From: an uncultured delta proteobacterium
GTDB taxonomy: Bacteria; Desulfobacterota; Binatia; Binatales; Binataceae
Assembly: GCA_963711565.1 (NCBI GenBank)
Contig: CAVQEQ010000003.1
Location: 128,001 to 192,000 of the forward strand
Reading direction: 5' to 3'
Length of the DNA stretch: 64,000 nt
The notes below the pieces were generated by a model. It was given only the letters and a program-made list of their open reading frames with translations, was not told the DNA's origin and did no database searches. Positions 36,778 to 48,698 of this stretch are shown piece after piece. A program made the translations under genes and the position numbers. Each line of letters begins with the position of its first letter. Position 1 is the stretch's first letter.

Positions 36778-37368
36778 ATGTCGCAAATTCAGGATGGAAT
36801 TGCGGCGTTGCAAGCCGGCGAGCTGGTCGTCTATCCGACTGAGACGTTCTATGCGATCGGCGCCGACGCGTTTTCATCCGTCGCCCTGCAGCGCCTGTTC
36901 CGAGTGAAAGGGCGCGAGCCCGGACGACCCGTTGGATTAATCGCGGCGGACACCGCGATGGCATTTTCGGTAGCGCGCGAAATACCGAGCGTCGCGCGGC
37001 GGCTCGCGGACGCATTTTGGCCGGGACCCTTGACCATCGTTATGCCGGCGCGCGACGAAATTGCACCCGAGCTGACGGGAGCCGACGGCGTCGGCGTGCG
37101 CGTATCGCCCAATCCGGTCGCACGCGCACTCAGCGCCGGACTCGGGCGGCCGATCACGGCGACCAGCGCAAACCTGAGCCGAGAACCGCCGGCCAGCGAG
37201 CTTGAAGACGCGCGCGCCGGGTTGGGTGAAAAAGTTAATGTTTACCTTGAAGGTGGAAAATTGACGGCGCCGGCGCCAAGCACGGTGGTGGTAGTCAGCG
37301 AGAGCGGGTGGAACATGGTGCGCGTGGGAGCGATTTCAGAAAATCAGATCGCGGCGGCGTTGAAGTGA
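36778..37368 (+). CDS. tsaC: L-threonylcarbamoyladenylate synthase (Sua5/YrdC)
   Basis: YPTETFY, KGR, FWPGPLT, ATSANLS, PSTVV motifs. Confidence 0.94.
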   Translation: MSQIQDGIAALQAGELVVYPTETFYAIGADAFSSVALQRLFRVKGREPGRPVGLIAADTAMAFSVAREIPSVARRLADAFWPGPLTIVMPARDEIAPELTGADGVGVRVSPNPVARALSAGLGRPITATSANLSREPPASELEDARAGLGEKVNVYLEGGKLTAPAPSTVVVVSESGWNMVRVGAISENQIAAALK

Positions 37369-38660
37369 GCGGGCTCAGCAAGCGAATCGAGCCGTTTCGC
37401 GCCCTGATGTACAACCGCCAAATCACGGGCGACCCGGCGCGGGTCGTCGCGCCGCCGTACGATTTGATCGGCGTCGCGCGTCAGAATCAACTCTACGAGC
37501 GCAGTCCGTACAACATCGTGCGGCTCGAACTCGGACGCGAGGCCGATCGCTACGGCGCGGCGGAGAAAACGCTCGCGGAGTGGATGGCGGCGCGAGTCGT
37601 CGAGCGATCGGCGCGTCCCGCAATTTTTCAATACACACAGACTTTTGACGTTGAGGGCCGGCTGCTGCATCGCGCCGGATTCATCGCGCGCGTTCGGCTC
37701 GAGGAATTCGATCGCGGGCGCATCCTGCCGCACGAGAAAACTTTCCCCGCCGCGAAGGAGGATCGCTTACGCCTGCTGACCGCGCTGCAGATCAACACGA
37801 GCTCGATCTTCGGGCTGTACTCCGGAACGCATCCCGAGCTTGATCGATTGCGCGAGCAGGTCGCCGCGCGCGAGCCGCTGATCGATCTCGTTAACGACCT
37901 GGGAATCCGCAACGAGCTCCGGCCGCTTGAAGCGGCCGACGAAATCGCGATCGTTCAGCGCGAACTTGAAGCGCCGCGCATTTTGATCGCCGACGGACAC
38001 CATCGCTACGAAACCGCGCTGGACTATCGCCGCGCGCGGCGGCATGAGAATGAGTCGAGTGAGCCCGCGCCGTACGACTATACGATGATGACCCTGGTCG
38101 CATGCGACGATCCGGGGTTGGTGATCCTGCCGACGCACCGGGTCGTGAAATCGCTGCCCGCCAATGCGATCGTGTCGTTCGTGCAGCGCGCACGCGAAGT
38201 TTTCAACATCGAGGAAATTGGGCATCGCGACGAATTTCGCGCGCGCCTGAGCGACTCCGGCAGCGGCGCCATCGGCGTGGCATTGAAAGGTAGTCCAACC
38301 TACTTGATTTTGCTGTTGCTCGACGGCACTGCGATGAAGGCCGCGATGCCCGACGCGCCGGAGGAGGTGCGGCGCCTCAACGTCTCGATTCTGCACGCGC
38401 TCGTGTTCGATCGAATTTTCGGCTTGAAGGCGGACGAGATTCGCAAAGGCGGAAATATCGAATACACGATTGAAATCGGCGGCGCGCTCGGCGCGGTCGG
38501 AGATGGACACGCTGACGGCGCGTTCCTGATGAATCCGCCGTCCATTCGGGACGTCGAGCGGGTTAGCGACGCGGGTGCGACGATGCCCGAGAAATCGACC
38601 TACTTCCATCCCAAGCTGCTCACCGGCCTGGTGATGAATCCGCTCTTCGACGGCAAATGA
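37365..38660 (+). CDS. DUF1015 family protein
   Basis: APPYD, ILPHEKT, IADGHHRY, LPTHR, MPEKSTYFHPK motifs; GTG overlaps the tsaC stop. Confidence 0.9.
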   Translation: MSGLSKRIEPFRALMYNRQITGDPARVVAPPYDLIGVARQNQLYERSPYNIVRLELGREADRYGAAEKTLAEWMAARVVERSARPAIFQYTQTFDVEGRLLHRAGFIARVRLEEFDRGRILPHEKTFPAAKEDRLRLLTALQINTSSIFGLYSGTHPELDRLREQVAAREPLIDLVNDLGIRNELRPLEAADEIAIVQRELEAPRILIADGHHRYETALDYRRARRHENESSEPAPYDYTMMTLVACDDPGLVILPTHRVVKSLPANAIVSFVQRAREVFNIEEIGHRDEFRARLSDSGSGAIGVALKGSPTYLILLLLDGTAMKAAMPDAPEEVRRLNVSILHALVFDRIFGLKADEIRKGGNIEYTIEIGGALGAVGDGHADGAFLMNPPSIRDVERVSDAGATMPEKSTYFHPKLLTGLVMNPLFDGK

Positions 38661-39278
38661 TTCGCGGGCCGCGCTTGATCCTTGTTCGCCACGGCGAGAC
38701 CGAAGGCGAATCGAGCATCAGGTATCACGGCCGCACTGATGTGCCGCTATCGGAACTCGGGCGCGCGCAGATGCGCCTTGCGGGCCGCGCGATCGAGATG
38801 CGCCGGGGCGACAGAAACTTCGTGCGCGTTTTTTCGAGTCCGCTCGTTCGTGCATCAGAAGGCGCGCGAATCGTCAGCCGGCGACTCGGCGCCGCTCGTC
38901 ACGATCGACGAATTCGCCGAAGTGCACTTTGGATTGTTCGAAGGACTGACCGCGGACGAGATTCGCGAGCGTTACCCCAACGAGTTCGCGCTATGGAACG
39001 CCGACCGGCTCGCGCCCACCTACGCTTATCCCGCGGGCGAGAGCCGCGCCGACTTTACCAATCGCGTCGAGCGCGGGCTCGAACGCGTGCTGGCTCTGTG
39101 GACGCCGCGCGACAACGACGCGCTGATAGTCGCGCATCGCGGCGTGATTCGCGCGATCGTGCGGAAGCTCACGCGTGCGGAGCCGATTGTCGAGCTCGGC
39201 TCGATTCAGATTCTCCGGTTCGACGGCGGCTGGCATGCCGAGGCGATCGATCTTGTCGATCACCTCGACGGCGGATGA
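38657..39278 (+). CDS. Histidine phosphatase family protein, apparent +1 frameshift at 38876
   Basis: RHGET, SSPLVRA in one frame; EVHFG, GES, VAHRG in the next. Deleting A38876 joins them. Confidence 0.88.
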
Positions 39279-39280
39279 AC

Positions 39281-40063
39281 TCACACACGTCGAAGCACTC
39301 CCATCCAGCGGTAGCGGCACCTGTCGAGCGGCCTGGTGAATGACAAGTCGCAGTACGCGGCGGCCATTTTGAACATCCCGGACGCGAGTGCGGCGAGTTC
39401 CAGCGTGGCGGGAATCGTGTAGCGCACCGGGATCAAATCGCGAGTCGTCACCACGCCGGCGGGAAAGTTGATCGTGCATTCGAGTTCGTAGATCGAATGC
39501 AGCGGCGAGTGCCATGCGATGGGACGATGGAACTCGCGGATGCCGAGCGCAACCCCGGCGGCCTGCGCCGAGCGCTCGCGCCACATCGTGCGCCGCGGCA
39601 CGCGCGGAATCGGATCCTGCCGATCGATATCGATGCAGTACAAGCCGCCGCGTTTGAGCGCGCGGCCCACCGACTTGAGATGCGACAGCAGGCCGCGATT
39701 CTCGACGATCACCGGGAAAGTTTCGGACATAAAGATTGCGGCGTCGAAGGAGCGCTCGGGAAGGGTGAACTTTTCGATTGCCCGGGGGTAGAAGCGAAGA
39801 TTCGCGAGCACGTTCGCTTTGCGGCGCCCAGCTGCGATCATCGTGGGCGAGCGATCGATTCCAACGACCTCTAATCCATCACCCGCCAGCAGACGGCCGT
39901 GAGGCGAGTCGCCGCATGCGATGTCGAGGACGCGACGCGTCGGACTCTTGCGATGCCGCTTCCAGACCTGTTGCAGAAAAACCACTTCAGCCGGAATCTC
40001 GCCGGGACTCTCCAAGTGCGCGCGCCGGAAGATGTCGGGATATTCGTAGATGCTCGGTTCCAT
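39281..40063 (-). CDS. Class I SAM-dependent methyltransferase
   Basis: VLDIACG, GIDRS, SFDAA, LKRGG motifs. Confidence 0.88.
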   Translation of the reverse strand: MEPSIYEYPDIFRRAHLESPGEIPAEVVFLQQVWKRHRKSPTRRVLDIACGDSPHGRLLAGDGLEVVGIDRSPTMIAAGRRKANVLANLRFYPRAIEKFTLPERSFDAAIFMSETFPVIVENRGLLSHLKSVGRALKRGGLYCIDIDRQDPIPRVPRRTMWRERSAQAAGVALGIREFHRPIAWHSPLHSIYELECTINFPAGVVTTRDLIPVRYTIPATLELAALASGMFKMAAAYCDLSFTRPLDRCRYRWMGVLRRV

Positions 40064-40179
40064 CGGCGACGAGCGTACCGGCGGCGCGCTTCGAGATCGA
40101 CGCTTGAGATTTCGCGGCGAACGGCGGGATAATGCCCGCGCATCCGAGTTCCTGAACGACCGTTTAGGGGTTAGTCGCA

Positions 40180-41391
40180 ATGAGCAAGCCGCTCGAAGGA
40201 ATCAGGGTCGTCGAGATCGCGCAGGAAATCCAGGGACCGTTCGCGTCGCTGATCCTGGCCGACATGGGCGCGGACGTCGTCAAGGTTGAGAACAAGGAAA
40301 CCGGCGATCTGAGCCGGTGGATGCTGGCTGCGCTGATTGGCGGCCCGGACGTGAAGAACGCGACGGTGTCGCATTACTTTATCGCGATGAATCGCGGCAA
40401 ACGGAGCATCACCGCCGATCTGAAAAAGCCCGACGCGATCGAGATGGTGCGCCGGATGGTGAAATCGTACGACGTGCTCGTCACCAACTATCGCCCCGGC
40501 GTGCTCGACCGGCTCGGGCTCGGCTACGACGACGTGCGCAAGATAAATCCGCGCATCGTGTATGCGCAGGGTAGTTCGTGGGGACCCCGCGGACCGTGGG
40601 TGACGCGACCGAGCCGCGACACGCTCGCGCAGGCGGCGAGCGGCGTGATGGCGAAGACGGGGATGCCTGACGACCCGCCGCTGGCGGCGGGAATGTTCAT
40701 TGCGGATCATTCGGGCGCGCTGAGTCTCGCGAGCGGAGTGCTGGCGGCGCTGTTCGCGCGCGAGCGCACCGGCAAGGGGCAGAAGGTTGACGCCTCGATT
40801 TACGGCACGATGATCGCGATGCAGGGAATGGAGATCAATTACACATCGATCACCGGCGTCGAGCCCGAGCGCGCGGGCCGCGGGCATCAGTTTTTGCGCG
40901 GCGTGTGGGGCGCGTTCCCCACTCGCGATGGTTACGTCTGTATCGCGGGCGTGGACGAGAAGCGCTGGCCGTCGTTCTGCAAGATCGTCGGGATTCAGCA
41001 CCTGGAGAAAGATCCCGAGTATTCGGACAACGTCATTCGTAATTTTCACGGCGACAAGATTCAGAAAGTGCTCGACGAGATCTTTCCCACGAAGACGAGC
41101 AAGGAGTGGCTCAAGGAACTCACCGACGCCGACATCCTCGCGACCGAGGTCGTCGATTACCGCGCGATGCTGAAGAGCGAGCAGGCGCGCGTGAATGGAT
41201 ACCTGCTCGAACTCGACCATCCGGTGGCGGGCAAGGTGCTGGTGTCGGGCACGCCGATAACGATCAACGGCGAAGTCACGACGATGGCGGAGGCTGCGCC
41301 CGAGCACGGGCAGCATACCGAGGAAGTGCTGCTCGAACTTGGCTACTCGTGGGAAGAGATCGGCGCGCTGCGCGACAGCGGCGCCGTGTAA
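40180..41391 (+). CDS. CaiB/BaiF family III CoA transferase
   Basis: LADMGADVVKVE, NRGKRS, NYRPG, APEHGQHT motifs. Confidence 0.94.
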   Translation: MSKPLEGIRVVEIAQEIQGPFASLILADMGADVVKVENKETGDLSRWMLAALIGGPDVKNATVSHYFIAMNRGKRSITADLKKPDAIEMVRRMVKSYDVLVTNYRPGVLDRLGLGYDDVRKINPRIVYAQGSSWGPRGPWVTRPSRDTLAQAASGVMAKTGMPDDPPLAAGMFIADHSGALSLASGVLAALFARERTGKGQKVDASIYGTMIAMQGMEINYTSITGVEPERAGRGHQFLRGVWGAFPTRDGYVCIAGVDEKRWPSFCKIVGIQHLEKDPEYSDNVIRNFHGDKIQKVLDEIFPTKTSKEWLKELTDADILATEVVDYRAMLKSEQARVNGYLLELDHPVAGKVLVSGTPITINGEVTTMAEAAPEHGQHTEEVLLELGYSWEEIGALRDSGAV

Positions 41392-41424
41392 TCCAGGCTG
41401 CCACTTAATTGATGAGGAAAGACT

Positions 41425-41856
41425 ATGGCACTGCCGGCTCGAATCTCTATTGCGACGCTTGGGGTTAGCGACCTCGCGCGCTCGACCAGGTTCTACCTGG
41501 CGCTCGGCTGGGAACTGGCGGCGGGCTCGTCGTCCGAGATCAGCTTCTTCCGCACGGCAGGCGGAGTGCTCGCGCTCTATCCATTCGATCTGCTCGCGAA
41601 AGACGCGATGCTGCCGGTGTCGCGCGCGCAAGGATTCGGCGGAGTCACGCTCGCGATCAATGTCGAGCGGCCTGAAGACGTGCAGCCCGGGCTCGATGTC
41701 GCGAAACTGGCGGGCGCAACAATTCTCAAGCCCGCGATGAAAGCTGAGTGGGGCGGAGTGTCGGGATACTTCGCCGACCCCGACGGCTATCCGTGGGAAG
41801 TCGTGTGGGCGCCCAATTCGAAGTTCAAGCCCGACGGCTCGCTGGATGTAAGTTAA
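41425..41856 (+). CDS. VOC family protein
   Basis: TLGVSDLARS, WGGVSGYFADPDGYPWEV. Confidence 0.92.
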   Translation: MALPARISIATLGVSDLARSTRFYLALGWELAAGSSSEISFFRTAGGVLALYPFDLLAKDAMLPVSRAQGFGGVTLAINVERPEDVQPGLDVAKLAGATILKPAMKAEWGGVSGYFADPDGYPWEVVWAPNSKFKPDGSLDVS

Positions 41857-41859
41857 AGC

Positions 41860-42561
41860 GTGGCGGAACGGCATATCGTTGCGATGGGCGGCGGCGGATT
41901 CTCGATGGAGCCGCGCAATCCGAGGCTCGACGATTTCGTGTTGAGCCTCGCGCGTCGCAAGCGGCGTCCCCGCGTATGCTTCGTCGGCACTGCAAGCGGC
42001 GACAGCGATTTGTACATCAGGCGGTTTCACGAAGCGTTTCCGCCGTCGCGCGCCGCCGCGACGCATCTCCCTTTCTTCGAGCGCAACGTTCGTGACCTCA
42101 AGTCGTTCGTGATGGAGCAGGACGTTATCTACGTCGGCGGCGGGAGCAGCGCGAACATGCTCGCGGTGTGGCGTTTGCATGGCCTCGACAAAGCTCTGCG
42201 CGCTGCGTGGAACGAGGGCGTCGTGATGGCGGGAATCAGCGCGGGCGCGATTTGCTGGTTCGAGGACGGCTTGACGGATTCGTTCGGCATGCCCTATCGC
42301 GCGCTCAATGACGGGCTCGGCTTCGTCCGCGGCGCATGCTGTCCGCATTACGACGGCGAGAAAGAACGGCGCCCCGTGCTGATGCGATTGATCAGGCGCG
42401 GCTTCATGCCAACGCTCGCACTCGACGACGGTGCGGCGGCGCACTTCGTCGGAACGCGGCTTAAGGAAATAGTTACATCGCGGCCGAAAGCGCGCGCGAT
42501 GCGCGTCGCGCTCAGCAAAGGAGCGGTGGTCGAAAAAGCGCTCCCGGTGCGCTACCTCTGA
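41860..42561 (+). CDS. Peptidase S51 (dipeptidase E-like)
   Basis: TASGD, YVGGG, GISAGA, PHY motifs. Confidence 0.92.
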   Translation: MAERHIVAMGGGGFSMEPRNPRLDDFVLSLARRKRRPRVCFVGTASGDSDLYIRRFHEAFPPSRAAATHLPFFERNVRDLKSFVMEQDVIYVGGGSSANMLAVWRLHGLDKALRAAWNEGVVMAGISAGAICWFEDGLTDSFGMPYRALNDGLGFVRGACCPHYDGEKERRPVLMRLIRRGFMPTLALDDGAAAHFVGTRLKEIVTSRPKARAMRVALSKGAVVEKALPVRYL

Positions 42562-42585
42562 ATGACGCCACGGGAGGTTCGCGCA

Positions 42586-42921
42586 ATGAAAGCAAATCAC
42601 GTTCATGTTGGGGTCCGCGATCTGCCGGCCGCCGTCGGCTGGCTCGAGCGTGTGTGGGAGCTCAAACCGGTATTCCAGATTCCCGAGATGGCGATTTTCG
42701 CGGTCGGCGAGTTCGAGCTCTTCCTCGACGCGGCGGAACACGACACGCGCACGACGATCGGATTCGTCAGCGACGATTGCGATCGCGACTACGGCCGCGT
42801 GACCGCGCGCGGCGCCGAGACCGTGAGTGCGCCCGAGGACAAGCCCTACGGCTCCCGCGCTGCTTACGTGAAAGGGCCGGGAGCCCTGACATTTGAGATC
42901 GAGCAACCGCTCAAGAGGTAA
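42586..42921 (+). CDS. VOC family protein
   Basis: HVHVGVRDL, PEDKPYG..FEI; GGAGG RBS. Confidence 0.85.
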   Translation: MKANHVHVGVRDLPAAVGWLERVWELKPVFQIPEMAIFAVGEFELFLDAAEHDTRTTIGFVSDDCDRDYGRVTARGAETVSAPEDKPYGSRAAYVKGPGALTFEIEQPLKR

Positions 42922-42933
42922 AATTGGGCGGGC

Positions 42934-42962
42934 GTGACAGGGTAAGCCGCCTACTCTACAAT
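42934..42962 (+). promoter_or_regulatory. Sigma70 promoter of eno-gpmI
   Basis: GTGACA-N17-TACAAT. Confidence 0.6.
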
Positions 42963-42978
42963 GCGGAACTTCCAGTAA

Positions 42979-44291
<1,313 letters not shown>

Positions 44292-44292
<1 letters not shown>

Positions 44293-45857
44293 TGCCCACG
44301 CGGCCGCCCGTTGCAGCGCTCGTAATTTTCGACGGATGGGGAATCAGCAAGGGCGGCGCGGCGAACGCGATCGCGGCGGCGAAGACGCCAGTGATGGATC
44401 GGCTCTACGCGACGAATGCGCACACCGAGCTCGACGCATCGGGCGAGGCGGTGGGACTGCCGCCGGGTGTGATGGGCAATTCCGAAGTCGGGCATCTCAC
44501 GATCGGCGCAGGCCGCGTCATCTACCAGGATCTGATGCGAATCACCAAGGCGATCGAGACCGGCGCGTTCGCGCGCAATCCGGCGATTGTCGATGCGATC
44601 AAAAAGACTGTGATGCTTGGCACCACGCTGCATATCTGGGGACTGCTGTCCGACGGCAGCGTACACAGTCATATCGATCATCTGATGGCGATCCTCGACG
44701 TCGCCGCGGCGAACGGCGCGACTCGCATTGCGGTTCACGCGGTGCTTGACGGGCGCGACAAGCCGCCGCGCTCGGCGCTCGCGTTTATCGATCAGCTCGA
44801 AGCGAAGCTGAAGCAGCTCGAGGGTGATGGCGGGCACGGCGGCCCGCCCCACTATCGAATCGCGACGGTCACGGGGCGCTACTACGCGATGGATCGCGAC
44901 AAGCGATGGGAGCGAGTCGAGCGGGCATGGCGCGCGATCGTCGAGGCGGAAGGCAGCGTGGCGGCGAGCGCGCGCGAGGCGATCGAGAAGTCGTACGCCG
45001 CGGGCAAGAGCGATGAGTTCGTCGCGCCGCATGTGATCGGCGAACGCGCGCCGATGGCGGATGGCGACGAGGTTATCTGCTTCAACTTCCGCGCGGACCG
45101 CGCGCGCGAGCTGACGGCCGCAATCGCGCTCGAGGGATTTTCCGAGTTCCGGCGGCCCCGGATTCCAAAGGTCGGCTACGTGTGCATGACGGAGTACGAC
45201 CGCTCGTTCGCGCTCCCGCTGGCGTTCGGTCCCGAAGACGTGCGCAACACGCTGGCCGAAGTGCTGGCGCATGCGGGGCTCAAAAATCTGCGCGTCGCGG
45301 AAACCGAGAAATACGCGCACGTCACCTACTTCCTGAACGGCGGCGTCGAGAAGGCGTTCCCGCTCGAGGAGCGCGCGCTGATTCCGTCGTCGAAGGTCGC
45401 GACCTATGACCTGGAGCCGGCTATGAAAGCGGCGGCAATCGCGACGCGCGTCGCCGAAGAGATCGAGGGCGGCAAGTTCGACGTGATCGTCATGAACTTC
45501 GCCAATCCCGACATGGTCGGGCATACCGGCAAATTCGAGGCGACGGTTGCGGCGGTCGAGGTGACAGACGCGGCGCTGGGAGCCGTGATCGAGGCGCTCG
45601 AAAAGCGCGGCGGCGTCGCGCTCATCACGGCGGATCACGGCAACGCGGAATTCATGGCCGACCCCGCGACCGGGCAGGCGCATACGGCGCATACGACGAA
45701 TCCGGTGCCGCTGATTCTCTACGATCCGAAATTCAAGGGGCGGCTGAAGAACGGCGGTACGCTCGCCGATGTGGCGCCGACGCTGCTCGGGATGCTCGAC
45801 GTGAAAGCGCCGCCCGAGATGACGGGGCGCGATTTGAGAGTCGGCTCCGAGCGCTGA
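44292..45857 (+). CDS. gpmI: 2,3-BPG-independent phosphoglycerate mutase
   Basis: DGWG, MGNSEVGH, GRYYAMDRD, ETEKYAHVT, DMVGHTG, ADHGN motifs. Confidence 0.98.
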
Positions 45858-45907
45858 TCTCGACGCAGCTCGTAAGCGCGAAATAAGTGTGAAGTGCGGA
45901 GCGGCGC

Positions 45908-46453
45908 ATGGAACGTGCAGTTCAAGTTGTTCTCCTCACCGGCCCTGCCGGCTCTGGCAAAACCAGCCTGGGTGCTCGCATCGCCGCCTCTCCAGGTTGG
46001 AAGCATCTTTCTGAAGATGATTATTGGGTAAAAATCAAGGAAGGGCACCCAGCTGGAGAGCTCAGAACTCCGGAAGAACAGGCAATAGTTCAGGCAAAGG
46101 TGATTCGCGATCTGCTTTCAACGTTGACTGGAGGCAATCGGGTCGTGCTCGAATTCATCCTGTACGAAAACCCGCCCCGTCCGCTATTGACGTATCAGAA
46201 GGCCCTTTCCGAGAGAGAGATTCCGTTTATGACAAGCGTCCTTCGCCCGACCTTAGATGACCTTCTCGTCAGAATTCGGGCGCGGGGACGCGAGCAAGAA
46301 TGCGACATCATGGCCCTGCGTTCTAACGCCGAGCATCAGATAGCGTGCCTGTCTTCACCGTTGATCAGAAGCCACTGGTTGATAGATCCGACGGGCGACT
46401 CTCCCGAAGAGGTATACGCAAAGCACTTCAAGCAGGTCGTCGAAGGTTCATGA
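45908..46453 (+). CDS. Small P-loop kinase-like protein
   Basis: LLTGPAGSGKT Walker A, RxxxR lid-like segment; lower GC. Confidence 0.75.
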   Translation: MERAVQVVLLTGPAGSGKTSLGARIAASPGWKHLSEDDYWVKIKEGHPAGELRTPEEQAIVQAKVIRDLLSTLTGGNRVVLEFILYENPPRPLLTYQKALSEREIPFMTSVLRPTLDDLLVRIRARGREQECDIMALRSNAEHQIACLSSPLIRSHWLIDPTGDSPEEVYAKHFKQVVEGS

Positions 46454-46487
46454 ATCTCCTTTGTCAGGGGGCGCTACAAAAGAGAGG

Positions 46488-48569
46488 TTACCAGCGGATT
46501 ACTTGTTCGTAGATCTTTGGGAGTTGGCGCGGTAGCGACGCGATGTCCTCTATTACCAGGTAGCGCGAGGATTGGCACATCTGCCGCAGGTAGTCGTGGC
46601 CGGTTTTATCTACCGTGATGCAGAACGGAAGAACGCCGGCGAGTTCGAGTTCCTTCAGCGCGACCATCGTGTCCTGGATGCCGTAGGCGTTGGAGCGGCG
46701 GTCGTGGCCGTAGTCGAAATCCTGCGGAAAGCCGTCGCTCAGCAGGATCATATGCTTGGCGCGCGAGGCGACGTCCTTGAATTTTTCGCGCACGTGACGA
46801 ATCGCCGCGCCCATCCGGGTTGAGCGCTTGGGCTCGACTGATCCGATGCGCGCCTTCACCTCGTCGCTGAGTTCCTGATCGAATTCCTTGATGACGTAGA
46901 ACTCGACGTTGTCGCGGCCGTGGCCGGAGAAGCCCATGATCGCGTAGGCGTCGCCGATTTCCTCGAGCGCCTGCGCCATGATGACGAGCGCTTCCTTATT
47001 GACGTCGATTATGCGGCGGGGACGGTTGGCGGTCTGCGGGCGCCGCTGCCATGCCTTCATCCAGTCATCAGTGTCGTCATCGTCGGTATGCTTGCGCGGC
47101 TCGCGATGCACCGGCTCGTCGGTCGAGGCCGACATATCGAGCAGGAAGAGCGTCGCGACGTCGCGCGCTTCTTTCTTGCGCGCCTTGTAGAAACGTCCAT
47201 CGGGCGTCTCGCCCATCAGGCGCGCGACGCGAGCCTCGATGGTGCGGTCGATGTCGATCTCCTCGCCGTCCTCGAGCCCGCGGACCATCCGGTACGACGC
47301 CGGGCGGATGCGCTGGAAGTTGCGGCGCACGCCGGGCAGCATCTCGGCGTAGCGGAGGAGCGTGTTCTCGTAAAAATCGCCTTCGTCGCCGGTGAGAGGA
47401 ATTTCGCGCAAGCGGCACCAGTTGCGGCGATAGTCGTTCAGCACGTAATCCCATTCGTCGTACGCGTAGTACGAGTCCTGGCGCCCGCGACCGATCATCA
47501 GCCGTCCCTGGCCGGTGACGGAACCGACTTCGCCGAGCTGCTCGCGCATCTGCTCGAGCTCGCTGAGCTGCTTGCCGGTGAGCTGCGTCAGGTACATGCC
47601 GTCGCCGTCGGCGCTGCCGTCGCCTTGCGAGGGTTTGATCTCGGCGCCCTGCTCGATCAGCTTGCGCAATTCCTCGGGCGAGAGCGCCCTGCCCTGTCCA
47701 CCCTTGGATTGCTTGCCCGAGACGTCCATCTGGACGTTCTGATCGGGCTCGCCGCCGCCGTCGCCCGGTTCGCCGTCCTCGCCTTCGCCGGCGGTCTGCG
47801 ACTCCGAGCCTTTCATTCCCTTGATCAGGTCATTGCGCATCCGCTCCGCTTCTTCTTCGGTCAGCGGATCGCCTTCGCCGCGCTCGCGTGCCTGGCGAAT
47901 CAGCTCCTGGAGCCAATTGTAGAGCGCGCCGACCTGGCGGACGCTGGTCATCACGTCGGCACCATGCTCTCGGACGGGCGCAAAGTGATGCGCGGCCATC
48001 AGCACCAGCGGGGAATCCAGCGCTTCGCCGGTGGCGTCGAGATCGAGCGCCGCACGCACCAACATCGTGCTGAGCGACTGGGGATGGAGCCGCGCGAGGA
48101 GCGAGCGGTTGAGGCCCGCGATGCGCGGCGCGAGGCCGCGATAACGCCGCGCGAGCTCGGCGTCGATGCGGGCAGACTCCGCCAGCCGCATCAGCGCGCC
48201 GGCGAGGCCCGGGTCGTCGAATGAGGCGACGAAGCTGTCGATGGCCTCGACGCCGGTCTCGCCGCGCTCTTCGAAGCCCGCGATATCCGCAAGCTTCAGC
48301 TTGAACGTTCCGAAGTCATGACGCGCGGCCAGATGGGCGGTGGTGACGAAATAATAAATGTAAGCGTCGCCGCGAGTGCCGAACGGCTCGAGGCGTTCGG
48401 GGAGATAGATCATCTCGCCGGGCAGGAGCGGGTAATGAAACGGCAGCATCGGGGCGCCGTTGGCGAGCGAGTCGATGCGGAACTCAAGCGGAAACAACAT
48501 CCGCATGAACTTGGTGAGGACACCTTTTATTTCGAAGAGGTCCTGCGCTTTCTCGTTGATTTCAGGCAT
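46488..48569 (-). CDS. NorD/CbbO-like VWA domain protein
   Basis: YDEWDY, GEEIDID, LLDMSAST MIDAS, TRMGAAIRH, LSDGFP motifs. Confidence 0.88.
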   Translation of the reverse strand: MPEINEKAQDLFEIKGVLTKFMRMLFPLEFRIDSLANGAPMLPFHYPLLPGEMIYLPERLEPFGTRGDAYIYYFVTTAHLAARHDFGTFKLKLADIAGFEERGETGVEAIDSFVASFDDPGLAGALMRLAESARIDAELARRYRGLAPRIAGLNRSLLARLHPQSLSTMLVRAALDLDATGEALDSPLVLMAAHHFAPVREHGADVMTSVRQVGALYNWLQELIRQARERGEGDPLTEEEAERMRNDLIKGMKGSESQTAGEGEDGEPGDGGGEPDQNVQMDVSGKQSKGGQGRALSPEELRKLIEQGAEIKPSQGDGSADGDGMYLTQLTGKQLSELEQMREQLGEVGSVTGQGRLMIGRGRQDSYYAYDEWDYVLNDYRRNWCRLREIPLTGDEGDFYENTLLRYAEMLPGVRRNFQRIRPASYRMVRGLEDGEEIDIDRTIEARVARLMGETPDGRFYKARKKEARDVATLFLLDMSASTDEPVHREPRKHTDDDDTDDWMKAWQRRPQTANRPRRIIDVNKEALVIMAQALEEIGDAYAIMGFSGHGRDNVEFYVIKEFDQELSDEVKARIGSVEPKRSTRMGAAIRHVREKFKDVASRAKHMILLSDGFPQDFDYGHDRRSNAYGIQDTMVALKELELAGVLPFCITVDKTGHDYLRQMCQSSRYLVIEDIASLPRQLPKIYEQVIRW

Positions 48570-48698
48570 CGTGGTGAATTGATTCTGGCAAGAACGGACG
48601 CCCCGATCAATTTGACTTTCGCCGCGCGGCAGTATGGCCAACTTCGACAATGATTCCTTGACTTGCCTGCAAGCGGCGGACTTAGATGATCGTATCCT

